A stretch of 63,725 nt of DNA, counting the filler, from Thraustochytrium aureum (Eukaryota): the NCBI GenBank assembly GCA_012862495.1. It is 6 parts of 3 records of this genome, joined end to end, with 100 filler letters (N's around TTAATTAATTAA, not from the genome) between each part and the next. Parts side by side here need not be neighbours in the genome. Positions count along the whole stretch, not along the records: positions 21,655 to 29,023 come from BLSG01000443.1; positions 29,124 to 34,990 come from BLSG01000443.1; 4 more parts are not named here. One strand, given 5' to 3'. Shown piece by piece: positions 21,655 through 32,166 of the stretch. The stretch's first letter is position 1. Every line of letters begins with the position of its first letter. The notes beneath the pieces are model-generated. The model worked only from the letters and a program-made list of their open reading frames with translations. It had not been told where the DNA came from and searched no databases. A program made the translations under genes and the position numbers.

Positions 21655-22710
21655 AGCTGGGGCGCGAAGACCACGCGGCGGACCTCCAGATGGAGTGGAA
21701 GTGCGTTTCTTTCAAGAGCAGCAGGTCGTTGAACACCCCTTCGCCGCTTTCTCGGCGTGATTGGCGAAGAGGTGCTTGGTCTCTGTGCTGGTGATTTCGT
21801 CGCCGTGCTTGCCGAGCGCCCAGGTGCTCGTTGCATTCAAACCCGTGGCTTGCTCCATCTGGCCGACCGCGGGAGCGCGGCAAGCTCGGATTGGAGGGCG
21901 GTCATCTTCGGGTCCGCGGCTCTAAGAAAGAGACTGCTGATGCGCTCCTGCGGGAAGGGCCCGATACAAGCTGCAGCGCACTATGTTCATTGATGGGCAG
22001 GACGCGCACGGACTCCACCGTGGCTTTGACGACAGAGCTGCGACAGACTCTTCTGCCTTGCGGGATGCTGCCCGCTGCGAGGGTTAAAGACACGATGGCG
22101 CTTGCGCACTTTAATTGTTGTAAACGAACACGACGTCCTGGTTTTGAAAAGGGGGCCTCCGTGGTTTCGGCTGGAAGGTTGCGGCTAGGCCCATGCGGNN
22201 NNNNNNNNNNNNNNNNNNCGGGGGCGCGAAGACCGGGCGGCGGAACCCTGATGGTGCGGAAGTGCGCTTCTTTCAAGAACAGCACGTCGTTGAATTCCTC
22301 CTCGCCGCTTGGTCTCTGTGCGTGGTGATTTCGTCGCCGTGCTTGTGGAGCGTCCACGTGCTCGTTGCATTCAAACCCGTGGGTTGCTCCATCTGGCCGA
22401 CCGCGGGAGCGCGTCAAGCTCGGTTTTGACGGGTGGCCCATCATCGGGTCCGCGGCTTTGCTGATGCGCTTCTGCGACAGGAGCTGCGAGTAGCCGCAGC
22501 GCACAAAGCGCATTGAAGGGCATGTGCTGGCCGTCGCGTTGGCCGACAGAGCTGCGACAGGCGCTTCTGTCTTGCGGGAAGCTGCCCGCTGCGAGGGTTA
22601 AAGACAGCGATGGCGCTTTGCAGTTTGTTGTGAACGAACTCGACGTTCTGGGTTGAAAAGGGGGCCTCTGTGGTTTCGGCTGGCGGGTTGCGGCTCGGCC
22701 CGTGCGCAAG
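21655..22710. repeat. Diverged tandem duplication (unit about 510-560 nt) without an intact ORF
   Basis: Paired blocks: GGCGCGAAGACC (about 21662/22223), CTCGTTGCATTCAAACCCGTGG (about 21827/22361), GCTGCCCGCTGCGAGGGTTAAAGACA (about 22067/22581). Confidence 0.8.
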
Positions 22711-23282
22711 GCAGCCGTGGAGGTTTCAAACGACGAAGCCCTTGGGCGACGGAGAGGGTGCCGTGCCGTCCGTGGCGTACTCGCGGTACGCTGCACGGCG
22801 GCTGACTTGCCTGCCGGGCTCCAGAATCAGGCCGCACCACAACGAAAACCAAGCCTCAACTTTTTGAAGTCAAGGTGGCAGTTTGGGCGAGCTCTTCGGT
22901 GGACCTCGTCGCGACCCCCAAGACCAAGCTGGCGCACTTACGACGAAACCTTGGAGGACTTGTTTTTAACCAGCATTCGGCTATGCTTTGCTCTCCCCAA
23001 CATCGAGAAGGGCGCCGCCGCACGCCGCGCGATGTTTGAGCTCATGGCGAGAAAACGCCCCAAAACGGGGCCTTCCGATTTTTTTTTAAGTGCGGCTTTT
23101 CCAGCCTCAAGTGCCAGCATGAGCAGCTTGAGCCCGCGCTGCATCAAGGACTCTAGAGGTGTCGCTTAGCGTGCCGCTGGCAAGGCTGCGCCCGGCTCGC
23201 GCCGTCGACGCGTCGATGGTGTTGAAATGATGATGATGATGATGATGATGAATTTGCTCAGTCTCTTGTTCCGTTTGGTTTT

Positions 23283-24206
23283 CTACTCCGCGAGGGCTTG
23301 CGCGACGGCGACGCTTCCCGAGTGCGAGATGGAGACCTTGACGGCGCTGAGCGAGAGCGCCTGGAAGACCTTTTGAGCGTGACCATGCAAGACGACTTGC
23401 GGCGCTCCTGACGCGGAGGCGACGATCTCGACTCTTTTAGCGAGCCGGCGGCCCCCTCCCAGAGCGGGCGCGCCCCCGTCGACGAGTTGGAAATGGCCTT
23501 TACGACCGCCTCCTTGGCCGACCAGCGGCCCGCAAAGCTCGAGGCAGGGCTGCTGCTGGAGAAGCAGTAGTCGCGCTCCCGTTGCGTAAAGTTGCGCTCG
23601 ATAAAGTCCGCCTTGGCGTCCAGATCGGCAAAGGTGGCCACCTCCTCGACACCCACGCCGACGCCCTTGTTGGGCGCGCCGCCCTGCGGGCGCAGCGAGG
23701 GGGCGCACGGTCACTTCCAGCCGGATCTTGACCGGGGCCGTCAAGCGCTTGGTCGCGCGGCGCCGCCTGGTTGGCCGGCGCGAGCGGCTTTGGCGCGGTC
23801 GCAGGCGCGGCGAGCTCGGCCCGCAGGTGGGCGGGCACCGACCTTGCTGCTTCGTCGACAAACCTCCACGTGCCCTTCTCCGGAACAAAGGTGGCCCGCG
23901 CGCGCGGGTCGAGGTAGACGCGCTCCTCCTGGTCCAGCGAATAGGGCGGCTCGTTCTTGGCCTGGAACATGGTGTGCTTGCCGCTGTACACGTGCTGCAT
24001 GTACCTGAACGTCCTGGCTTCGCGCGCCTTGCACTTGGACCGGTACGCAGCAAACTGCGCGTCCGAGAGGCTCGCCAGCACCATGTCCGAGTGCACGAGC
24101 AGGATCTCCGAGTTGGAGCTCCCAAACCCAAAGCTCTTCAAGTACGCCGCCTTGATGTGCGGCACGCGAATCGTGCGGTTCGGGTACAGCAAAAGCTCGT
24201 TCTCGC
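23283..24206 (-). pseudogene. FAS: C-terminal fragment of fungal-type type I fatty acid synthase (end of KS domain + phosphopantetheinyl transferase)
   Basis: LLYPNRTI...KSFGFG...LVHSD...EPPYSLDQEERVYLDPRAR matches the yeast Fas2 KS tail. FIERNFTQRERDYC...SFAGRWSAKEAV...APQVVLHG...VSISH matches the AcpS-type PPT. At least 3 frameshifts; 5' part absent. Confidence 0.85.
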
Positions 24207-24212
24207 GCCGCC

Positions 24213-24610
24213 CCGGCCGACTTGGAGGACTTGGCCCAGGCCGACGTGCTCAGTCGCATGGTTGAGCTCATGCTTGTGCGCGGCGGGGGCGACCCGGCTG
24301 GCCGCCTCGCACCGGACCGCTGGATCGACACCACGTACCAGACGCGCACCATCGAGATGACGCAGCGCACCGAGCGCCGGTTTCTTGCGCGCGACGGCGC
24401 CGCCTCCTTTGTGGCCGACGCTGCTCGCCTCGACTCGCCCGCACCAGAGCGCTTCGTGGCCGAGTTTGTCGCCAGGTACTTACCCTGCCTGCGCGGCGAC
24501 CTTGCTCGCGGACGAAGACGTCGAGCGTTTCGTCGATCTCTGCAAGGGCCTGCGCAACGGCGCGCTGGTGGACTCGATCCCCATCGTCGACACAGACTTG
24601 CGCTCTTGGC
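24213..24610 (+). pseudogene. FAS: Internal fragment of fungal-type FAS beta region (enoyl-reductase segment)
   Basis: DLEDLAQADVLSRMVELM...WIDTTY...RTERRF...LDSP...FVARY/PACAATLLADEDVERFVDLC...IPIVD parallels yeast Fas1 DLATMTYEEVAKRLVELM...WFDVTW...RVEERF...LDKP...YPAA...LNAQDIDHFLSMC...VPVLD. A 4-nt duplication causes a frameshift at about 24478. Confidence 0.7.
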
Positions 24611-24684
24611 CCTCGCGCCCCCGCAGCTCGCCGTCTCCTGCGCGGGCAGGCGGCCTGAGCGCCTGGAGGCTGCCCGGCGCGAGG

Positions 24685-27322
24685 ATGCTGGCTCACAGCG
24701 CGGAGGACTGGGGCGATGGCGTGGAGGCGGCGCGGGGGATCTGGAGGCCGGTGCGACCGACGCTGAGGAGGCCGACGAGAGCGACGGCGCGGCGGAGGTC
24801 ACGGGCGTTAGGAAGCCCGTGCTGATCATACCTGGGTTTATGAGCTCGGGACTGGAGGTCAAGCTGTCGAGGCTGGTGCGGCGCTGGGAAGGCAAACGTA
24901 TCTGGCTGTCGTTGGGGCGGCTTGGGTTCACGGGCAGGGTGCTCGGGCATAAGCACGAGTTTGAAAGCAGCACGGACTATCAAGTCAATGTGACGCTGCG
25001 GAACGACTGGCTGAGGCACATGGCGCTCGGCCCGGACATGCTCAGTGAGAACGCTGGCGTGGAGGTCCGTGCCGTGCAAGGGCTCGCCGGAATCGACTTT
25101 TTAGACCCCAGCGCCATCACCGGCGCGGCGTCGTGGGTGTTCGGGCCCCTGATCAAGGTCTTGCGGCGGAATGGGTACCTGGAGGGCGTCGACTTGGACG
25201 CAGCGCCCTACGACTGGCGGCTGCCGCCGCAGGTTCTCGAAGCTCGCGACGCATACTTTTCGCAGACGCTTGACAAGATCCAGGAGATGCGCGCGCGGTG
25301 CGGGCGGCCCGTCGTGTTGCTGTGCCACTCGATGGGCGCATTGTGCGGCCACTATCTGACCAAGTTTGCTGTGTTGCACCGCGGCCAGGCCTGGCTCGAC
25401 GACGCGGTCGACTCGCTGATGTTGGTTGGCGCTCCTCTGCGCGGAAGCCCCTCCACAGCGCGCAACCTGGTGGTTGGAAGCAACATGGGCCTTCCGCGCG
25501 CGTTTCTCAACTCGCACGCTGCGCTTGTGATGGCGCGCTCGCTCGGTTCGCTGCCGTGGATCCTGCCGCGTGGGCCCGTCGGCAACTCGAAGAGTCGAAC
25601 GAGGGCTCGTTTGGGGCCACCGTTGTTCGGCGCGAGGGCCTTTTGCGCGTGGTCCTTGAAGCCGTGGACCTTCGCTTCGTCGCTCTGACTTCGTTCAACC
25701 TTGGTGAGGTGCGGCTGCAGGTGCGCATGGGCAACCGCGTGCTGTCCTCGAACTGGTTTTCCGCCAGCTCGGACGCCGTGATCGTCTTTGAGTCGGACGG
25801 GACCGGCCGCGTGGTCGACCTGCTTTGCGAGCAGGGGTCCTCGGTGCAGCCCCTGCCGGACGCGCCGCTCGTTCTGGAGATTCCTGCCCCGCCGCAGCTT
25901 GTGCAGGGCAACGATACGGTGTTTGTGGAGCTCGTGGAGCAGCGCATCGCGGCCCGGCGGCTTTTTCGCAAGGCATTGCACACCGAGTCTGTCTCGCAAA
26001 GCCTGTTTCCGTGGCGGATGGCGTCCAGCGCCAAGTCGCTGTACGAGCACACCGTTGGCAAGGTAGAGGGCATGCTGGCCGGCCGCACGCTCGGCAAGGC
26101 TCGCCTGAGCCTCGCCAACATGATTCCTGAGGGGAGGCGCGACGGGTCGAGCGTGCGGCTCCCGCTCGAGCTCACGCGCACCGGCGAGGAGCACGGGCCG
26201 AGCAACCCGTCCACCGCGCTGGCGACGATTCAGATTGGGTACGCGAGCGAGCGGCATCTGCGCACCCGCGCCGACATCAGCGCCAGCTCGCCGCTTCGCC
26301 GTGAGGTCGCCTCGCGGTTCGGCCTCGATCCAGCGGAAAGTGTAGCGCTGACGCCCACGGAGTTGCTCAAGCTCGAGGGCTTGCAGCCGACAGTAGACCT
26401 GTGGAAGTCGAGCTTTTTCGAGGGGGACCCGCTGCTCAGCCCTGCGCTCCCGCCCCCTGTCCAAAAGGTAATCGCTGTGTACGGGGTGAATGTGCCAACC
26501 GAGGTAGGAAGCATGCTGCGGCGAGCGCTAATTGCGAGGCGCCAAGACAAGCTTCAAAACGGTTTTGAGGTGGACGCTCGAGCGAGCCCGGAGCAGAGCG
26601 CGTTGAACGCGGTCGGGCTCAAGTTCTCCAAGGGGGTCTTTTACGAGACGCGGGCCACCCCGCAGGTGTCGCAGGTGGACGGATCTGAGCTGTACTGCAG
26701 CGGCGACGGCACCGTTCCGTACGCTTCCCTGCAGCACGTGTTTACGTGGGCCTCCGAGTGCGAGGTTGTTGTGCACGAGCTTGAAGGCGTGCGGCACCGC
26801 GCGATCCTCAACGAGGCCCGCTTTCACAAGGTGCTCTTGGACTATTGCATCACCGGGGACGGCGGCCATTCGCTGAGCGGCTCGAGCCACAGCAGGTCGC
26901 GCAAGCGGTTCCCAAGCGCTGCGAGTCGCGCCGGGGAGGGAAGACCGCAAGGTGTCTCTTGCCGACGAGTTTCATCCGCAGCAGAGGGAGGCTTCGCGCG
27001 TTGCGCTGACCCCACCGCCCGTGCCGCCTCGACGACCGACGTCAGGTGCGAGCTTTTTGCGACTGCAATGCGGGACTCGAGTACAGCGCAGGCGCTCGTG
27101 GTCCCGCCGCGGCCAGTGAGGAGCGCCGACCCCAACGTTTTCTTTTGCGGGCTCCCGCGGCAGCCTCATCCTGGCCAACCGCGTTTTTCGAGGCGGCTTT
27201 CATCCTTACGAGATCCCTTGCCGGACCCTTTGCCGCCGCCCCCCCCGCCGCCGCCAGTCCCGGCGCGGCCGGATCGCCGCCGCCCCGGCCGGCCCAGTGA
27301 TGACGAGCTCAACCTTGTGTGA
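24685..27322 (+). CDS. LCAT-family acyltransferase (PSAT/PDAT-like) with an internal C2-like insertion
   Basis: PVLIIPGFMSSGLE, IDFLDPSAITG, APYDWRL, HSMG (catalytic Ser), AVYGVNVPTE, GDGTVP (Asp), RHRAIL (His). Frameshift at about 25570-25600. Start uncertain (possible further indel near 24730). Confidence 0.85.
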
Positions 27323-27368
27323 TTCTATAGCAGTTCGTTCTTTCAATTTGCTAGCCGACTTGCGATGC

Positions 27369-27881
27369 TCAGACGTCCTCCGAGTCGTACGCGGACCAGC
27401 GGCCGTTGTCGGGGGCAGGCGCCCCCTGACGGGCTTGGTCCGCTTGGGCGCCTGGCGTAGGCGCGGGCCCGTACCTGTGGCGGTGGTGCGGCGGTGGCCT
27501 CGAGAAGGGCCCGCCCGCGCCCCTACCGAACGCAAAGGGGTCCCCTTCGAACACGGTGAACGGGTGCATCTGGTCAAACATCTCGTCCAGCGACCTCCGC
27601 ATCATATCAAACGGGTCAACCATGTCCATGCTCGGGTCGCCCAGCCCGCCGAGCCGGTCATGGGCCGCGCCGGGGTCGTTCGAGTTGGTCTCGACGCGCT
27701 CGACCTCCTCCGTCGGCCGCCCCGGGCACTGCCTGAGCAGCTTGTGGAGCGTCTTGCACTCGAGCTGCGGCGCCTCGTCGTTCCTGGCAACTCGCTGGCA
27801 CCGCTTCGACATCTCCTCGAAGTACCTGCACGCTGGGTCGCGTTCGTGCGAGAACACCGCCTTCCCCGCGCCCGTCTCCAT
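27369..27881 (-). CDS. 170-aa protein resembling plant Mal d 1/Fra a 1-associated protein
   Basis: ATG 27881. Four-Cys block CRYFEEMSKRC...ECKTLHKLLRQCPGRPTEEVE, followed by an F/D/M-rich segment and C-terminal SEDV. Confidence 0.6.
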   Translation of the reverse strand: METGAGKAVFSHERDPACRYFEEMSKRCQRVARNDEAPQLECKTLHKLLRQCPGRPTEEVERVETNSNDPGAAHDRLGGLGDPSMDMVDPFDMMRRSLDEMFDQMHPFTVFEGDPFAFGRGAGGPFSRPPPHHRHRYGPAPTPGAQADQARQGAPAPDNGRWSAYDSEDV

Positions 27882-28766
27882 CGCGGCACGCCTCGGGGCC
27901 GAAGCCGGCGCGCGGGCGAGGCGCGATCTCCGAGTGCCAAGGAGGCTGCGCTGCGGGGCTCGGGACGTGCTCCTGGCTCGAGTCGGACCGGCGTCCGCTG
28001 CCGGGCGTCGTTCGTCGGGGCTCTGGCGCTGCTGGGAGCAAGCGGGAGCAAGGAAGGAAGAAAGCGCCTGCCTGCTACTTCGCTTTGGTTGACCGGCCCT
28101 CTGCATACTCTGCCCACCAGGCCAGACCAGACTCTGCGCGCTCCTGAACGTCACGGAAGAAGGCCCTTCGCGATCGGGGCCGCTGGCGGCGCCAGGTATT
28201 CGCCGATGAGCTCCTTGCTCTTCGTCGGCGGGTGGGTAAGGCCAACCTGTCTTCGTTTCGTATGCGTTCGTATGCGGGTGGGGACGCCCGACCAACGTGC
28301 TCGAGCCGAAGGAGGTCATCGTCGTGGGCCGGGCTGGCGAACGCAAGTGCGATCAAGTCAGTCAGGGCTTTGGTCGCAGTTCCGGCTTTGGTTGGGCGGG
28401 CCTCTTGGGAGCTTTGCGACTGCCGCGCGCTGAGGTGTCTCGTTTGGCGCTGCCCGCTTTCGCAATTTTCCTGCGAGCTTGTTCTCTCGCGAGTCACAGC
28501 CACTGGGAGCCATCCTGGTCCTGACAGGGTAACCGACGAGCTGGTCGCGTACCTACGACAGTTTGATTGATTTACTCTATTCATAAATGTTTGCAGCGCA
28601 GGCAGGCACGTTGGGAGATGGCGTGGGTTGTTGATTTGCCACCGTCGAGTGCTTTTGCAGTGCTCTCTCTCTAGCTAGCTAGAGTACCGGGCCATCTTGT
28701 GAGTTTGCCATTTCCTGGTGCGGCAACTCGGCATAGCGGCCGACAGTTGACGAGTTGGGGCGTCTT

Positions 28767-29023
28767 TCAAAGTCTGACAGCAGACGAAGCACCGCCTTTG
28801 GTTTCTGAATTGCTCCCAGAAGCTGCTACAACTTTGGCGGATGTGCTGGACCTCGACTTGGACTTGGCTTGCGCAGAAGTGATGATGCCAGCCCCTTGCT
28901 TGCCCTCCTCGTGCGGGAGAGTCCCAGTGTGCAGAAAGTACATCTTGGGCAAGAAGATGAGCCCGAAGGTGGTGGCGTTGTTGAGGAAGATGATGGCCCC
29001 CTGGACGAAGTGCCGCACGTACG
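28767..29023 (-). CDS. Class C (GABA-B-like) GPCR, TM7 + cytoplasmic tail (partial)
   Basis: VRHFVQGAIIFLNNATTFGLIFLPKM is a 7tm_3 TM7 signature (IFxPK). Confidence 0.75.
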
Positions 29024-29123
29024 NNNNNNNNNNNNNNNNNNNNNNNNNNNNNNNNNNNNNNNNNNNNTTAATTAATTAANNNNNNNNNNNNNNNNNNNNN
29101 NNNNNNNNNNNNNNNNNNNNNNN
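29024..29123. other. Artificial contig linker
   Basis: 44 N + TTAATTAATTAA + 44 N. Confidence 0.97.
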
Positions 29124-29281
29124 GAGCTCTGCGCTGCGTAGGTGGCCGCCTGCCGCGCGACCGCGTTGAGCGTGAAGAAGGACTCCTTGGCGTAGTTGGC
29201 GCCCTCGCCAGAGCTGATGACCTGCGCAGTGCCGACTTGCGCACTCGCCAGAAGAAAGATGGAGGCCGCGACCCGCGCCAT
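29124..29281 (-). CDS. Signal-peptide N-terminus of a GPCR paralogue (probably the same gene as 28767-29023)
   Basis: MARVAASIFLLASAQVGTAQVISSGEG..., near-identical to 30924-31082. Confidence 0.65.
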
Positions 29282-29769
29282 GTTTCGGCGTACAGGCAAT
29301 CGTATTCACACTTCAAGAGACAGTTTGCTTTCCACGCTGGGTGCCGCTCGGGGTCTGCAGCTGCGCTGTCGGACTCGTGAACGACAAGGAGGTGGACTCG
29401 TGAACGACAAGGAGGTGGTCGTAAATCCGTTGACAGATCCGTTTTTAGGCCGAGTTCTCTGGAGCTGATGGAGCAGCCAGCACCCCAAATGCTTCCGTTG
29501 CACGAGGTCTTGCCTCTGCGCGGGTTGGAGGCCAATAGAATCGGTGAGGTTTTCACTTTGCCCGACGCATCGAACCCCTTCCTCCCTTGAGCCATTGCCT
29601 CTCTGTGAACCTTCTTGCTTGGAGAAACGTCCAGCTGGCGCAGTTGAGGTTTGCACAAAAAAATGGGTTGCCTGGCCGTGCGTCGAAGTGGGCGAGAGGG
29701 AAGATGCAATGATAGGCTACTCCGAAGAACTGCTGGGAAAAGAGATTGATTTTTTGGCGAGCGCTGAAG

Positions 29770-31082
29770 TTAGTTGGCGGCGACACTGGACTGAGCCGTG
29801 CCAGTGGTGCCAGTAGCGCTTCCGACCGACGTTCCGACTTTCGCTGACATGCTGGGCCTCGACTTGGACTTGGATTGCACCGAAGAGATGATGCCAGCCC
29901 CTTGCTTGCCATCCTCGTTCGGGAGAGTCCCAGTGTGCAGAAAGTACATCTTGGGCAAGAAGATGAGCCCGAAGGTGGTGGCGTTGTTGAGGAAGATGAT
30001 GGCCCCCTGGACGAAGTGCCGCACGTTCNNNNNNNNNNNNNNNNNNNNNNNNNNNNNNNNNNNNNNNNNNNNNNNNNNNNNNNNNNNNNNNNNNNNNNNN
30101 NNNNNNNNNNNNNNNNNNNNNNNNNNNNNNNNNNNNNNNNNNNNNNNNNNNNNNNNNNNNNNNNNNNNNNNNNNNNNNNNNNNNNNNNNNNNNNNNNNNN
30201 NNNNNNNNNNNNNNNNNNNNNNNNNNNNNNNNNNNNNNNNNNNNNNNNNNNNNNNNNNNNNNNNNNNNNNNNNNNNNNNNNNNNNNNNNNNNNNNNNNNN
30301 NNNNNNNNNNNNNNNNNNNNNNNNNNNNNNNNNNNNNNNNNNNNNNNNNNNNNNNNNNNNNNNNNNNNNNNNNNNNNNNNNNNNNNNNNNNNNNNNNNNN
30401 NNNNNNNNNNNNNNNNNNNNNNNNNNNNNNNNNNNNNNNNNNNNNNNNNNNNNNNNNNNNNNNNNNNNNNNNNNNNNNNNNNNNNNNNNNNNNNNNNNNN
30501 NNNNNNNNNNNNNNNNNNNNNNNNNNNNNNNNNNNNNNNNNNNNNNNNNNNNNNNNNNNNNNNNNNNNNNNNNNNNNNNNNNNNNNNNNNNNNNNNNNNN
30601 NNNNNNNNNNNNNNNNNNNNNNNNNNNNNNNNNNNNNNNNNNNNNNNNNNNNNNNNNNNNNNNNNNNNNNNNNNNNNNNNNNNNNNNNNNNNNNNNNNNN
30701 NNNNNNNNNNNNNNNNNNNNNNNNNNNNNNNNNNNNNNNNNNNNNNNNNNNNNNNNNNNNNNNNNNNNNNNNNNNNNNNNNNNNNNNNNNNNNNNNNNNN
30801 NNNNNNNNNNNNNNNNNNNNNNNNNNNNNNNNNNNNNNNNNNNNNNNNNNNNNNNNNNNNNNNNNNNNNNNNNNNNNNNNNNNNNNNNNNNNNNNNNNNN
30901 NNNNNNNNNNNNNNNNNNNNNNNGGTGCTGAGTGCAGCGTAGACAGCCGCCTGCCGCGCGACCGCGTTGAGCGTGAAGAAGGACTCCTTGGCGTAGTTGG
31001 CGCCCTCGCCAGAGCTGATGACCTGCGCAGTGCCGACTTGCGCACTCGCCAGAAGAAAGATGGAGGCCGCGACCCGCGCCAT
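29770..31082 (-). CDS. Class C (GABA-B-like) GPCR, middle hidden in N gap 30029-30923
   Basis: Signal peptide starting at 31082; TM7 FGLIFLPKM and Ser/Thr-rich tail ending at 29770. Confidence 0.7.
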
Positions 31083-31270
31083 GTTTCAGCGTACAGGCAG
31101 TGTTTTGGTTGCTGTTCTCGATACTCGTACGCTGCTTGGAGAAAGCTGTTTCGATCTGGTGCGTCGTTCGGGATCTGTTGACCTCTGCGCCGTCGTTGAT
31201 GTTTGGCTTACCGTAATCAACTGCAGGTTTTGCTTTCTCCACTCGTTAGCAGGCTCAAGCTCTCTCTAGA

Positions 31271-31327
31271 GAGAGGGCATCGAGCAAACCTGGTGGAGAG
31301 GAGAGGGCATCGAACAAACCTGGTGGA
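31271..31327. repeat. 30-nt-period direct duplication
   Basis: GAGAGGGCATCGARCAAACCTGGTGGA at 31271 and 31301. Confidence 0.85.
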
Positions 31328-32068
31328 CAGCAAGGCTTGCAGGCGCGTAAAACGCGTCAGCTCTGCATGTAAACGTGAAAGCCGGCTCGGAGCATCCCTC
31401 GTTAAACTGGACATCATTGCACGACTGAGCCGTTTTCTTTCCGTTGCCAACTGCACTTGAAGGCTCAATGAAGCGCTTTGAGGGCGAAAAGCGCCTCAGA
31501 TTGGACGGCGGAGCGGGATTTCAAATTTGCACTGGCGCTCCCAACGGATACTTGCTCAACCGAAACCTGGCTGATCGAGGGTGCGGTTTGAGGTAGCGCA
31601 GCACCAGTGTGCCGTGTGTTTGTCTCACCCATCTGTTTTGCATGGGGGTTGGCGCACTTCTCTGCGCGCTACTCTTATGGCCTCAAGGAGACAAGACAGG
31701 CTGGACGAGAAACGTGCCGTGCTGGAGGACTGACTGACTCTTAAAAGCGGCGACGAGCCGGTGCTGAGCGGTTTCAAAGAGGCCCTTTCTTGAAGGCTAT
31801 CCGTTGGACTTTTAGCGGGCAAAGTCGTGCAGGACGCAAGATTATTTAGCTGCTTGTGAGGAAGGAGCGACAGGGCGTGTCGCTCAACCAGGTCAACGAC
31901 TAGATTCTCTGGCCTGCGCCGCTTCACTTTGCAAGCTTGGCGCCACGGGGGAGCCAAGTTATTCTTGTCGCAGCAGCCGTTGACCCTCTGTTTTGTCCTT
32001 TGGCGCGGAGTTTGACCAGAATGTCGTTGGACGTGCCACGTCGAGCCGAAACGCTTGCTGGTCAGTCG

Positions 32069-32166
32069 GCAACATCGGCGTTTGCACTTTCCCCTGGAAA
32101 ACATGCGCCATCACGACCAGCAACATCGGCGTTTGCACTTTCCCCTGGAAAACATGCGCCATCACG
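32069..32166. repeat. 51-nt-period tandem duplication
   Basis: GCAACATCGGCGTTTGCACTTTCCCCTGGAAAACATGCGCCATCACG at 32069 and 32120. Confidence 0.9.

Noticed and set aside
23283..27322. Functional lipid biosynthetic gene cluster (FAS + acyltransferase)
   Set aside because: FAS is present only as two short, inverted, damaged fragments.
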